Shown: positions 33,692 to 43,573, counted from the first letter of the stretch. The stretch is DNA of 64,000 nucleotides from Candidatus Xenobia bacterium (GCA_035573715.1 DATLZZ010000010.1:246746-310745), one strand, 5' to 3'. Translations and numbers: made by a program. Notes: generated by a model not told the origin, from the letters alone.

Positions 33692-35557
33692 GTGGATAGC
33701 CTGCCGAAGGAACTCGCCGCCGTTCACGCGCGCTGGGCACCGGTGGACGAGCGCGTGCGGGAAATCCTCGAAAACATTCAGCAAGCGTGCGCCGCCCGGC
33801 TGCCGGGGGAGGGCTGGAATCGGGCCAACGAGCGCCAGGTCGAGCGGTTCATTACTCAGCTTCGGGAAGATTTTCCCGGGCGCGTGTACGAAGTGGTACG
33901 CGGAGAGACGACCGATCCCCAGCAGAATGCGGAGCGCTGGGAGCAGGGACGTCGGCGCCGGGATGCGTCCTGCGTGGTGGTGGAGCGGCAGCGGTTGGGC
34001 CGCTGGGCCCTCCGCACCACGCAATGGAATTTCGTCTTCACCGTCCCCGGGGAAAGCCGCGAAACGTTTCTGCTGGTGGCGCACTACGACACCTGGCGCG
34101 GGCCGGGCGCCGATGACAACACTACGGGCGAAGAAGTGCTGAAGCAGTATCTGCTCGCCGACTTGCGCGCCGCCACCCGCCCGCGGCTGACGCACGTGTA
34201 TTTCCTCGCCGGCTCGGAGGAATGCGGCTTGGTCGGGCTGGCGTCGCAGTTGCTGTTGGCCGGCGGACTCATCGCCGCCATCCAGGCGTGGCTGCAAGGG
34301 GACTGGCTGTACGGTGCGATCGCGCTGGCGCTCTGCCCGCTGGCCAGCTACCGCTTCGGCGTCAGCGGCTCGCGCGAGTTCGTGCGGGCGCTCAAGCCCG
34401 AGGAGCTCAGCTCGATTCGCGCCGTCGTGTCCGTGGATTCGGTGGGCGAAGGCCGAATGTTCATCCCGCGCAGCACGCTGGGCGCCGACTTTATCCGCGC
34501 GCTCATTCCCTACGGCCACTACAGTGCCTTCACCGAAGTGCTGGAGGAGGGCGCGCACCTGCACGGGATCAAGTACAACAACTACCTGGCCGGAGGCACC
34601 ACCGACCATCTGTCTTTCATGGAGGTGAACAACGGCCTGTGGGCGCGCGCGCGCGATATCGTGGCGCGCGCCTGGGCGTGGGCAGCGGGACGAGAGCACA
34701 GGGCGGCGCGAGTAATCCCCGCTTCTGCTCTTGTTACGATGACGCCGGGTAAAGCCTCCCCAGTGGTTTTCGGGGGCAAGATTCACACAGCCAACGATGT
34801 CCCGGCTCGTGTTTATCCCGAGCCGCTGCGCGACGCGCTGCTGATTCTCGATTACGTGTTTCACATTGTTGAGGGTAACGCCCGCTTGCGAACCCCGCGG
34901 CGTCTCGAGGACTGCCATTACGCGCGTCTCTACGAAGTCAGCGCGGCCGGCAATGGCGGTGTCGAATACTGGCTCGCGCTGAAAGACGCGCTCGAGCCCA
35001 ACCGACGCAACCTCAACGTAATCTTTCGCGCCCACGCGGATGTCGATGCGGAAAGGAAAGAGGCGCGGGTGCGAGTGGGCGAGCCCGTCGGCTGGGGCGT
35101 CGAGTCACGTCTGCGCGAGGAAGTAGCCAAGCAGTGTCGCAAGCGCGGCAAGAAGTATCGGCGAGTGCGCATGGACAAGTTGGTGGTGACCGACGGGGAG
35201 CACGAGATGACGTTCGGGCGTCAGCTGACATTCGCCGACCACCTGCGACGCCTCTACCATCGCTGGGCGGGACGCCTGGGCCGCCTGGCCGGCCGTTTCA
35301 GCTTTCTGACTTTCCTCGGCGTTGCCTACGCGCTGGCCTGGGTGATTGGTCGGGCCTTGGAGTGGGGCTTCGACTACCGCTACGCCTTTCAGGAGTGGTT
35401 CTTCCGCTACCAGATTTGGACTGTTTCAGTAGTCCTGGTTTTTCAGTTGGCGGTTCTTGGCTATCTGATGGCGCGCGCCATTCCCGCCTGGATTGATAAC
35501 CACTACAAACACGACAACCGCGACGACAACATGGGCAGCCTGCGCAAACTCTCGTAG
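33692..35557 (+). CDS. Membrane-embedded M28-family metallopeptidase-like protein
   Basis: GTG start. M28 ligand motifs appear in order: HYDTW, GADDNTTG, GSEECGLVG, VDSVGEG, GGTTDHLSF. A hydrophobic segment (LLLAGGLIAAIQAWLQGDWLYGAIALALCPLASY) is inserted after the EE motif. The C-terminus has TM helices (FSFLTFLGVAYALAWVIG, IWTVSVVLVFQLAVLGYLMA). Confidence 0.65.
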   Translation: MDSLPKELAAVHARWAPVDERVREILENIQQACAARLPGEGWNRANERQVERFITQLREDFPGRVYEVVRGETTDPQQNAERWEQGRRRRDASCVVVERQRLGRWALRTTQWNFVFTVPGESRETFLLVAHYDTWRGPGADDNTTGEEVLKQYLLADLRAATRPRLTHVYFLAGSEECGLVGLASQLLLAGGLIAAIQAWLQGDWLYGAIALALCPLASYRFGVSGSREFVRALKPEELSSIRAVVSVDSVGEGRMFIPRSTLGADFIRALIPYGHYSAFTEVLEEGAHLHGIKYNNYLAGGTTDHLSFMEVNNGLWARARDIVARAWAWAAGREHRAARVIPASALVTMTPGKASPVVFGGKIHTANDVPARVYPEPLRDALLILDYVFHIVEGNARLRTPRRLEDCHYARLYEVSAAGNGGVEYWLALKDALEPNRRNLNVIFRAHADVDAERKEARVRVGEPVGWGVESRLREEVAKQCRKRGKKYRRVRMDKLVVTDGEHEMTFGRQLTFADHLRRLYHRWAGRLGRLAGRFSFLTFLGVAYALAWVIGRALEWGFDYRYAFQEWFFRYQIWTVSVVLVFQLAVLGYLMARAIPAWIDNHYKHDNRDDNMGSLRKLS

Positions 35558-35560
35558 GCG

Positions 35561-36667
35561 TTAATGCAATCGTTCCATCGCGAGGGCAGCCACGGAGCGG
35601 GCGAGCGAGGCCGCGGCCGTGAGTCCCGGGGACTCGATGCCGACCAGATGGATGATCTGCGGGAAGCGCGGATCGGGCTCGACTACAAAGTCCTTGATGC
35701 CGCGGTGGCCGGGCGGCGCCAGCTTTGCTCGCAAGCCGGAGTAGCCGGGGCGCAGGTCGTCCGGTTGAAGTTGTGGCAGCAGCTTCTGCGCTCGAGCGCA
35801 GAACGACTCGCGCGGTTCGAGGTCGTGTTCGTAGTCGTCCTTGCGCTCGACGTAGCGCGCGTTGGGGCCAAGCAGCAGCGTTCCCCAGAGCGTCTTCGTG
35901 AAATGCACCCCAAGGCTGAGTCCGCTCGGGTCGGGCGCCGGATAAACAAGCCCGGTCACGAGGTGGGCCTTTTCCGGCGCCACTTCCCAGTACTCTCCGC
36001 GGCAGGGATAGATTGTGTAGTTGTTGTTTCCAGCCATGGCTGCCACTTCGTCGGCGAAAAGTCCGGCGGCGTTGACGAGTACGCGCGCTGCAATCTCGCC
36101 CACGTTGGTCGCTACCGCGCGCACGAGGTCGCCTTGTGGCTCGAGACGCTCCAGGCGCGCCTCGGTGGCGATGTAGGCGCCGCGAGATTGGGCCAGCGCC
36201 GCGAAAGCCTTGACGAGCCACTCGCTTTCCACGAGGCCGGTTGAGGGCACCCAGAGCGCGGCGCGGCCGGCTATGTGCGGCTCGCGCGCCTTGAGTCCCG
36301 CGCTCGAGAGCATCTCCAGGCCTTTCACACCGTTTTCCCGGCCGCGCTCCCGAAGCGCTTGCAGCTCGCTCTCTTCCTCAGGCGTGGTGGCCACAACAAT
36401 TTTTCCGGTGCGCTTGCAGGGAACGTCGTGGGCGGCGCAGAACTCATAAGTGAGCCGGTTGCCTTCGACGCAGTGGATGGCTTTGAGCGAGCCGGGGGTA
36501 TAGTAGATGCCGGAGTGGATGACGCCGCTGTTGCGCGTGCTGGTGAGCATTCCCACGCGCGGCATTTGTTCGAGCACGAAGACGTCGCTCGTGCGCGCCG
36601 CCAGCTCGGCGGCGATGGCGCAGCCGACAACCCCTCCTCCGACAATCACGACGCGGGCCTGTTCCAC
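35561..36667 (-). CDS. lhgO: L-2-hydroxyglutarate oxidase-like FAD-dependent oxidoreductase
   Basis: VVIVGGGVVGCAIAAELA...SGVIHSGIYY.PGSLKA...YPCRGEY...VGIESPGLTA. Confidence 0.7.
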   Translation of the reverse strand: MEQARVVIVGGGVVGCAIAAELAARTSDVFVLEQMPRVGMLTSTRNSGVIHSGIYYTPGSLKAIHCVEGNRLTYEFCAAHDVPCKRTGKIVVATTPEEESELQALRERGRENGVKGLEMLSSAGLKAREPHIAGRAALWVPSTGLVESEWLVKAFAALAQSRGAYIATEARLERLEPQGDLVRAVATNVGEIAARVLVNAAGLFADEVAAMAGNNNYTIYPCRGEYWEVAPEKAHLVTGLVYPAPDPSGLSLGVHFTKTLWGTLLLGPNARYVERKDDYEHDLEPRESFCARAQKLLPQLQPDDLRPGYSGLRAKLAPPGHRGIKDFVVEPDPRFPQIIHLVGIESPGLTAAASLARSVAALAMERLH

Positions 36668-36676
36668 AAGACCTTC

Positions 36677-37408
36677 CTACCGCCCGGCAAAGGTAAACGG
36701 CAAGCGGAAGAGTTGCGACACGCGGCGGATGTGGAAGCGGGCACGCTCAGCGGGTCGCGCCGGGCGGGCGCGGGCAAACTCGCCCCCGACACGGCGCACC
36801 GCCCACATCCCGAGCTCGCGGGCGGCGCGGATTTCGCTGTCGGGTCGATCGCCGACGACCAGCACGCGGCGCGGGTTCGGTTCGTGGCGCAGCAGGCGAC
36901 GCAGGCGCTGCTTCTTGCCCCGGCCGCCGGTCAGCCCCGTGTAGAGGATGCGGCGCACGTAAGGCGAGCGGTCGAGGCCGAGAATGCGTGTCTTGGCGCG
37001 CTGGATGCGGAGGTGGCCGGCAGTGATGATATAGATGCGGACACCCAGCCGATGCAGGCGGCGCAGCGTGGGCATGGTGTCCGGAAACAAGCGCAGGTTG
37101 CGGACCGGAAGGCTGAAGTAGGCGTCGCGCCCGACGTGCGCCAGATGGCGCCCGACCTGCCCGCCGACTTTGAGGCGGGCGAGGAGGCGGCGGTCGAGCG
37201 TGTCGAGGTTCCGCTCTTCGCGAAAAAGTCGAAGCCTGAGAGCAGTGAGAGAGCGCAGCGTGAGGCGGCGTCGCGCGTGGCGGTTCAATCCAGCCTCCAG
37301 AAGCTTCCGGCTGGCGTAGCGGTGGGCTTCCAGAACCCGCTGGCGGAAGCAGTCATAGAGGGTGTCGTCGAGGTCGAAGACCACGGTGGTGATTCGCGGT
37401 CGGGGCAT
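36677..37408 (-). CDS. HAD-superfamily hydrolase
   Basis: Motif I VVFDLDDTLY and motif IV VVGDRPDSEI. The stop of the upstream NCS1 gene abuts its start. Confidence 0.75.
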   Translation of the reverse strand: MPRPRITTVVFDLDDTLYDCFRQRVLEAHRYASRKLLEAGLNRHARRRLTLRSLTALRLRLFREERNLDTLDRRLLARLKVGGQVGRHLAHVGRDAYFSLPVRNLRLFPDTMPTLRRLHRLGVRIYIITAGHLRIQRAKTRILGLDRSPYVRRILYTGLTGGRGKKQRLRRLLRHEPNPRRVLVVGDRPDSEIRAARELGMWAVRRVGGEFARARPARPAERARFHIRRVSQLFRLPFTFAGR

Positions 37409-38824
37409 CTAGGGACGCGAGCGCATCAGGACAAGATAGGCCAGAAAAGCAATGCAGAAGCCTACGAACCAGGCGTAGTCATAGAGGGGGCGCAGAGTTG
37501 GCACGAGAAGGCCCACCAGTGCGGTAAGGATTCCTGCCGCCAGGGCGATCACGGCGTTCCAATTGAAGCCGTGCTGGAACTCGTAGAAGCCGCCGCGCTG
37601 GTAGAGGTCTTCGACCAGGATGATCTTCTTCCGCAGCACGTAGTAGTCGGCAATCATCACGCCGGCGATGGGGCCGAGGAAGCTCGAATAGCCGACCAGC
37701 CAGCCAAAGATGTAGTTGCTGTAGTTGGCCAGGAGGTACCAGGGCTGCATCGCCAGGCCGAACAGGCAGGTGAGGATGCCGCCGAGCTTGAAGCTGATGC
37801 GGCGCGGGTAGACGTTAGAGAAATCGTTGGCGGGCGAAACGACGTTGGCGGCCACGTTGACGTTGAGGGTCGCCAACAGCAGTGCCACCATCGCCACTGC
37901 CACCGCCAGCGGATGGCCGAGGCGGCTGAGCACCTCCACCGGATTCCACAGCGCCTCCCCGAAAATGACGACGGTGGCCGACGTGACCGCGACGCCGATG
38001 AAGGAAAAGAGCGTCATCGTGGTCGGCAGGCCCAACGCCTGACCGAGCGCCTGGTCGCGCTGGCTGCGGGCGTAGCGGGTGAAGTCGGGAATGTTGAGCG
38101 CCACCGTGGCCCAGAACGCCACCACGCCGGTGAGCGAGGGAATGAAGAACCGGAAGAATTCGCCGAAGCTATGGAACTTTGAGGGCGAGGCCAGCATGGG
38201 TCCGAAGCCGCCCGCTTTCTGCCGCGCCCAGAACAGCAGAGCCAGGCCGATGACCAGCAGAAACGGCGCCGTGATGCCTTGCAGGAAGCGAATGGTCTCA
38301 ATGCCGCGTACGATAACGTAGAGGTTGAGAATCCAGAAGAGCGCGAAGCAGAGCGCCTCGCCCATCGCCCAGCCGCTCCAACCGGGCACCAGCGCCACCA
38401 GCAAGGAGTTGATGGCCTGGCCGCCGATCCAGGTTTGAATCCCGAACCAGCCGCAGGCCACCAGCGCGCGCAGCAGCGCCGGGATATTGGCGCCCAGCAC
38501 GCCGAACGACGCCCGCGCCAGAACCGGGAAGGGAATCCCGTAGCGCGCCCCGGCGTGGCCGTTGAGAATCATCGGCACCAGCACGATGAGATTGCCGAGA
38601 AAAACGGTGAAGATGGCCTGCTTCCAGTTCATCCCGCCGGCAATCATCCCGCTGGCCAGCATGTAGGTGGGAATGTTGACGCTCATCGCCACCCAGAGCG
38701 CGGCGTAGTTGTAGGTGCCCCAGGAGCGCCGCTCGGCAGGGATGGCGGCGAGGTCGGGGTTCCACAGCCAACTCCGCATCTGCGGAGCGGCTTCGGCGGC
38801 CGGAGCGGTGGCGGCTTCGCTCAA
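37409..38824 (-). CDS. NCS1-family nucleobase:cation symporter (uracil/hydantoin/allantoin-type)
   Basis: ERRSWGTYNYAALWVAMSVNIPTYMLASGMI..GMNW.QA...GN....P..LN.H.G..YGIPFPV.AR.SFG; 12-TM type, 471 aa. Confidence 0.88.
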   Translation of the reverse strand: MSEAATAPAAEAAPQMRSWLWNPDLAAIPAERRSWGTYNYAALWVAMSVNIPTYMLASGMIAGGMNWKQAIFTVFLGNLIVLVPMILNGHAGARYGIPFPVLARASFGVLGANIPALLRALVACGWFGIQTWIGGQAINSLLVALVPGWSGWAMGEALCFALFWILNLYVIVRGIETIRFLQGITAPFLLVIGLALLFWARQKAGGFGPMLASPSKFHSFGEFFRFFIPSLTGVVAFWATVALNIPDFTRYARSQRDQALGQALGLPTTMTLFSFIGVAVTSATVVIFGEALWNPVEVLSRLGHPLAVAVAMVALLLATLNVNVAANVVSPANDFSNVYPRRISFKLGGILTCLFGLAMQPWYLLANYSNYIFGWLVGYSSFLGPIAGVMIADYYVLRKKIILVEDLYQRGGFYEFQHGFNWNAVIALAAGILTALVGLLVPTLRPLYDYAWFVGFCIAFLAYLVLMRSRP

Positions 38825-38845
38825 CGGGTTGGTGTCGGCAATCCG

Positions 38846-40348
38846 CTAGTAGATGTTGGTTTCGCGCTTGCGACCCGTGTAGTCCACGTAGACGATCTTC
38901 AGCTCGCTGTAAAAATCAATCGCGGTGGAGCCGGTTTCGCGCTCGCCAATGCCGCTGGCCTTGAGGCCGCCGAAGGGCACGTGGGCCTCCCCGCCGACGG
39001 TGGGCGAGTTGATGTGGACAATGCCGCACTCGACCCGGTCGGCAAATTCGAACACCTTGTTGGCGTCGGTGGTGAAGATGGAGGCCGCCAGACCGTAACG
39101 GATGCCATTGGCGACGGCTATGGCTTCCTCGAAGTCCTTGACGCGGATGACCGCCAGCACCGGCCCGAAGATTTCCTCCTGAGCGATGCGGGAGTCGGCT
39201 GAGACGTGGTCGAAGATGGTGGGCGCGGTGAACCAGCCTTTGTCGCAGGCGCCGCCGCGGGCTCTTTCGCCGCCGCAGACCAGCTGGCCCTCGCGTTTGC
39301 CGATTTCGAGGTACTCCTGGACTTTGTTGAACTGGTTTTCATCCACCGACGGGCCGACGTTGGTGCCGGCCTCGGTGCCCTTGCCGACCTTGAGCTTGCG
39401 GGCGCGCTCGGCCAGCATGGCGACGAACTTGTCGGCGATGGAGTTCTCGACGATGACGCGGCTGGTAGCGGTGCAGCGCTGGCCGGTGGAGCCGAAGGCG
39501 CCCATGAGGGTGCACTCGGCGGCCAGCTCCAGGTCGGCGTCAGCCAGCACCACCACGGGGTTCTTTCCGCCCATCTCGCACTGGACTTTCTTCATTGTGC
39601 GCGCCGCCTTGGCGTAGATGAGCGCGCCCACTTCGCAGGAGCCGGTGAAGCTGATGGCGCGCACGTCGGGATGCTCGACCAGCTCGTCGCCCACCTCTTC
39701 GCCGGCGCCGTTGACCATGTTGAACACGCCCGCGGGGACTCCCGCGCGCGCGAAGATATCCACCACGTAACGCGAGGTGAACGGCGTGAGCTCCGACGGC
39801 TTCCAGACGATGGTGTTGCCGCAGACCAGCGCGGGCGCGATCTTCCAGACCGGAACAGCGACGGGAAAGTTCCACGGCGTAATGAGACCAACCACGCCCA
39901 GCGGCTGGCGAATGGTGTACACGATGTTCTTCGGCAGCTCGGAGGGCAGCGTTTCGCCGGTCAGGCGGCGCGCTTCACCGGCCGTGTATTCGAGAATGTT
40001 GACCGTCCGCAGGATTTCGCCCAGCGCCTCGCTTACCGTCTTGCCTTCCTCGCGGCTCATCAGGCGCGCCAGCTCATCCTTTTCGTCGGCCATTAGGCGT
40101 GCGGCTTGCATCACAATGCGGCCGCGCACCGGCGCCGGGGTGGCCCGCCAGGTGGGGAAGGCGCGCTTGGCGGCTTCGATGGCCTCGCGCATCTCTTCGC
40201 GCGTGCTGAGCGGGGCAAGGCCGACGATGTCATCGAAGTCGGCGGGGTTGAGCCGCGGCAGCTTTCCTTCGGAGCGCGACTTCACCCACTGCCCGTTGAC
40301 GTAGTTGGGACAAACCTCTGCTGTCTTTACCTGAGTTGCCGTAGCCAT
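38846..40348 (-). CDS. NAD(P)-dependent aldehyde dehydrogenase (candidate malonate/methylmalonate-semialdehyde dehydrogenase, by context)
   Basis: ITPWNFP, FTGS, CEMGGKNP, GQRCTATSR and EEIFGPV. The substrate assignment rests only on its position between the aminotransferase and the permease. Confidence 0.85.
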   Translation of the reverse strand: MATATQVKTAEVCPNYVNGQWVKSRSEGKLPRLNPADFDDIVGLAPLSTREEMREAIEAAKRAFPTWRATPAPVRGRIVMQAARLMADEKDELARLMSREEGKTVSEALGEILRTVNILEYTAGEARRLTGETLPSELPKNIVYTIRQPLGVVGLITPWNFPVAVPVWKIAPALVCGNTIVWKPSELTPFTSRYVVDIFARAGVPAGVFNMVNGAGEEVGDELVEHPDVRAISFTGSCEVGALIYAKAARTMKKVQCEMGGKNPVVVLADADLELAAECTLMGAFGSTGQRCTATSRVIVENSIADKFVAMLAERARKLKVGKGTEAGTNVGPSVDENQFNKVQEYLEIGKREGQLVCGGERARGGACDKGWFTAPTIFDHVSADSRIAQEEIFGPVLAVIRVKDFEEAIAVANGIRYGLAASIFTTDANKVFEFADRVECGIVHINSPTVGGEAHVPFGGLKASGIGERETGSTAIDFYSELKIVYVDYTGRKRETNIY

Positions 40349-40369
40349 GATTGCTATCGAGCCTCCTTC

Positions 40370-41662
40370 TTACCGAATCTCGGAAAAAGAATTGTCGAGC
40401 AGGCGGATGCCCTCGTCTACGTCGGCCTTGCTGATGTTGAGCGGGGGCGAGAGGCGGACGACGTTGCCGAACAGCCCGCCCTTGCCGATGAGCAGGCCGT
40501 TCTCGCGTGAGCGCTCCAGGAGTTGCGACAGCTCGGCAGCCGCCGGCTCCTTGGTTTTCCTGTCCTTGACCAGCTCGAGGCCCTGCATCAGCCCCATGCC
40601 GCGGACGTCGCCGATGAGCGGATACTTCTGCTGAAGTTCTTCAAGCTTCTGGCGGAAGTAGGCGCCAACGGTGTGGGCGTTCTCGAGCAGCTTCTCCTCT
40701 TCGATGACTTCGATGGTGGCCCGGGCGGCCACGGCGGTGACGGGATTGCCGCCGAAAGTGGAGATGGTCAGCCCCTGGAACGCGTCCGCCAGCTCCGGCG
40801 TGGCGATGGTGAGGCCGACCGGTGCGCCATTGGCCATGCCCTTGGCGCTGGTGAGTATGTCGGGCTCGACCTCCCACTGCTCGATGCCGAACCACTTCCT
40901 GCCGGTGCGCCCGAAGCCGGTCTGCACTTCGTCGGAAATGAAGACGCCGCCGTACTGCTTGACGATCTTGAAGACAATCTTGAAATACTCCGGCGGGGGC
41001 GTGATGAATCCGCCGACACCCTGGATGGGCTCAGCGAGAAAAGCTGCGATGCGGCCCGACGTACAGGTCTGGATGACGGCCTCGACGTCTTTCGCGCAGG
41101 CCACGCCGCAGTCGGGATAGGTCATCCCCAGCGGGCAGCGGTAGCAATACGGGTTCATCGCGTGGGTGATGCCGAAGCTGACCACGCCGCCGCGCCGCCA
41201 GGGCGCCTGGCCGGTGAGCGACTTGGCGATGAGCGAGCCACCGCTGTAGCCGTGGCGCAGCGCAACCACCTCGAAGCTGCCGGTTGCCATCCGCGCCAGC
41301 ATCACCGCCGCCTCGTTGGCTTCGGTGCCGCTGTTGGTGAAGAACGACTTCTGGAGGCGTCCAGGGGTGATCTGCGCCAGCTTCTCGGCCAGCGCGACGA
41401 TGGCCTCGTTGGGGTAGAGCGTCGAGGTGTGTTGCAGTTTTTCGACCTGCGCCTTGACCTTGCTGGTCACTTTGGAGTTGCAGTGACCGACGCTGATGGT
41501 CAGGATGCCGCCGAAGAAGTCGAGGTAGCGCTTGCCCTCGAGGTCCCAGAGGTATTGCATCTGGCCGCGCTCGGCCACCAGGGGCTGCTGGTAGTAGTTG
41601 GCCACCGCCGGCCACAGGTACTTCTTGTGCCTTTCGCGTACTTCGTCGGGTGTCATAGTCAA
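40370..41662 (-). CDS. Class III (omega) aminotransferase, beta-alanine/3-aminoisobutyrate-pyruvate transaminase-like
   Basis: FFTNSGTEANE...DEVQTGFGRTG...TSAKG.ANG; 430 aa. Confidence 0.85.
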   Translation of the reverse strand: MTMTPDEVRERHKKYLWPAVANYYQQPLVAERGQMQYLWDLEGKRYLDFFGGILTISVGHCNSKVTSKVKAQVEKLQHTSTLYPNEAIVALAEKLAQITPGRLQKSFFTNSGTEANEAAVMLARMATGSFEVVALRHGYSGGSLIAKSLTGQAPWRRGGVVSFGITHAMNPYCYRCPLGMTYPDCGVACAKDVEAVIQTCTSGRIAAFLAEPIQGVGGFITPPPEYFKIVFKIVKQYGGVFISDEVQTGFGRTGRKWFGIEQWEVEPDILTSAKGMANGAPVGLTIATPELADAFQGLTISTFGGNPVTAVAARATIEVIEEEKLLENAHTVGAYFRQKLEELQQKYPLIGDVRGMGLMQGLELVKDRKTKEPAAAELSQLLERSRENGLLIGKGGLFGNVVRLSPPLNISKADVDEGIRLLDNSFSEIR

Positions 41663-42561
41663 TTGGCGGCAGCGTCGGAGCGGGCCGCGGCTTCGGTTTG
41701 CGAGATGGGGCCGTAGCTTTCCGGCCGGCGGTCGCGGAAGAACTGCCAGGTGGCCCGCACCTGGCTGATCATGTCGAGGTCGAGGTCGGCGACGAGGGCT
41801 TCGTCGTTGTCGCGGCTGGCCTGGGCGAAAATCTTTCCGCGCGGGTCGCAGAAGTAGCTCTTGCCGTAGAACTCGCCGATGTCCCAGGGAGTTTCGTGGC
41901 CGACGCGGTTGATGGCGCCGACAAAGTAGCCATTGGCCACGGCGTGCGCGGGCTGCTCGAGCTCCCAGAGGTGCTCTGAAAGGCCGGCCACCGTGGCCGA
42001 GGGATTGAACACAATCTCAGCGCCGTTCAGCCCGAGGATGCGCGCCCCCTCGGGGAAGTGGCGGTCATAGCAAATGTAAACGCCGATGCGGGCGTACCGC
42101 GTCTGAAACACCGGATAACCGAGGTTGCCGGGCGTGAAGTAGAACTTCTCCCAGAATCCCGGGTGGCAGTGCGGGATGTGGTGCTTGCGGTACTTGCCCA
42201 GGTAGCGGCCGTCGGCGTCAATCACCGCGGCGGTGTTGTAAAACACGCCCGCCTGCTCGACTTCGTAGACCGGCACCACCATCGCCATTTTGTGCTTCTT
42301 TGCCAGGCGCTGCGCCCACTGCGTGGTGGGGCCGGGGACGGGCTCGGCGATGTCGTACCATCGAGTCTGCTGCTCGGCGCAGAAGTAGGGTCCGTAGAAA
42401 AGCTCCTGCAGGCAGAGGATCTTGGCGCCCTTGCGCGCCGCCGGGGCGATGAGTTTTTCGTGCTTGGCGATCATCGCCTTCTTGATCTTTTCCAGCGGCA
42501 TCCTGGCCGGCGACCACTCGCAGCGCGCCTGAATCAATCCGCAACGAACCACCCGTGGCAT
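41659..42561 (-). CDS. Beta-ureidopropionase (nitrilase-superfamily N-carbamoyl-beta-alanine amidohydrolase)
   Basis: LCLQELF.GPYFC...YRKHHIP...YICYDRHFPE...FNPSAT. The 4-nt overlap with the next gene suggests coupling. Confidence 0.88.
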   Translation of the reverse strand: MPRVVRCGLIQARCEWSPARMPLEKIKKAMIAKHEKLIAPAARKGAKILCLQELFYGPYFCAEQQTRWYDIAEPVPGPTTQWAQRLAKKHKMAMVVPVYEVEQAGVFYNTAAVIDADGRYLGKYRKHHIPHCHPGFWEKFYFTPGNLGYPVFQTRYARIGVYICYDRHFPEGARILGLNGAEIVFNPSATVAGLSEHLWELEQPAHAVANGYFVGAINRVGHETPWDIGEFYGKSYFCDPRGKIFAQASRDNDEALVADLDLDMISQVRATWQFFRDRRPESYGPISQTEAAARSDAAAN

Positions 42562-42679
42562 GGCTCACCTCTCATTCTCGGAGAAGGCTGCCGACGGAAA
42601 CAAAAACTGCTTTGCTGCCAGCAGGCTCTACGAGTACACTCCGCGCATCATACTCGAAACGTCGGGCGGCTAGCAAACT

Positions 42680-43564
42680 GTGAGCCCCATGGCCACCAGC
42701 AGTCCCCAGGCCCCGAGCAAGCCCTACGTGCGCCTGATTACGCGGGCCATCGGGCACGCCGTCTACAACACGGTACGAGCCGGCTCGCTGCTGCATGCCC
42801 AGGCCGTTGCGTTCAACATGTTCATGGCGTTTTTCCCGGCCCTGCTGTTTCTGGCGGGCATTGTGGCCTATGCGACGCCGGAGGTGGAGGACTTCCTGAA
42901 TGGGGTGCGCGTGTTGCTCCCGCCGGGGAGCCGCCGCGCGGTGGTCGAATCGTTGCTGCGTATTTCCCAGAATCCAGGGAGACTCCTGTGGCTTGGGGCC
43001 ATCGGAACGCTGCTGATCGGCTCGCAGTTGATGTTCTCCCTCCGGCAGGTGTTCGCCATCATCTACGACCGCGAAGACCGGGGGCCGTTCTGGCGTCAGC
43101 AAGTGGAGTCGTTTGCCATGGTGCTCATAACCGTGGTGCCTTGGGTTGCGGTGAGCTTGCTGGTGGTTTTCGGGCGCTTGCTGCGGACGCGGCTGAGCGC
43201 CGAATTGGGCGTGGATTTGAACGTCGGGATGAAGCTGCTGTGGAACGCGGGCTACTTCTCGCTGGCGATTGTAACCGCCACGCTGGTGCTGGCGACGCTC
43301 TACTATTTCTTGACACCCAATGTGCGGCGGCGTTGGAACGATGTTCTGCCCGGCGCGGCGTTGGCGATGGGCCTGTGGTGGATCGTCACTGCCAGCTTTG
43401 GACTCTATGTCACCCGCCTGGCTGTGTATGACGTCCTGTACGGCACGTTTGGCGCGGCCATCGGCTTGTTGGTTTGGATGTATCTGACTGCCGTGGTCAT
43501 TTTGATTGGAGCCCAGTTCAACGCCGAGATGGCCAGCTTGCGGGTGCGATACGACTTGTACTAG
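42680..43564 (+). CDS. YihY/BrkB-family inner membrane protein
   Basis: AQAVAFNMFMAFFPALLFL..., six predicted TM helices, C-terminal LLVWMYLTAVVILIGAQFNAE typical of YihY. Confidence 0.8.
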   Translation: MSPMATSSPQAPSKPYVRLITRAIGHAVYNTVRAGSLLHAQAVAFNMFMAFFPALLFLAGIVAYATPEVEDFLNGVRVLLPPGSRRAVVESLLRISQNPGRLLWLGAIGTLLIGSQLMFSLRQVFAIIYDREDRGPFWRQQVESFAMVLITVVPWVAVSLLVVFGRLLRTRLSAELGVDLNVGMKLLWNAGYFSLAIVTATLVLATLYYFLTPNVRRRWNDVLPGAALAMGLWWIVTASFGLYVTRLAVYDVLYGTFGAAIGLLVWMYLTAVVILIGAQFNAEMASLRVRYDLY

Positions 43565-43573
43565 GAAGAGCTC

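Noticed and set aside
38846-40348. The aldehyde dehydrogenase as the missing signature enzyme of the BMC locus
   Set aside because: It lies 31 kb away on the opposite strand, inside a translationally coupled pyrimidine/beta-alanine operon. Neither end shows a linker-plus-amphipathic-helix extension. It looks like a standard non-acylating/MmsA-type ALDH rather than a BMC-type acylating enzyme.
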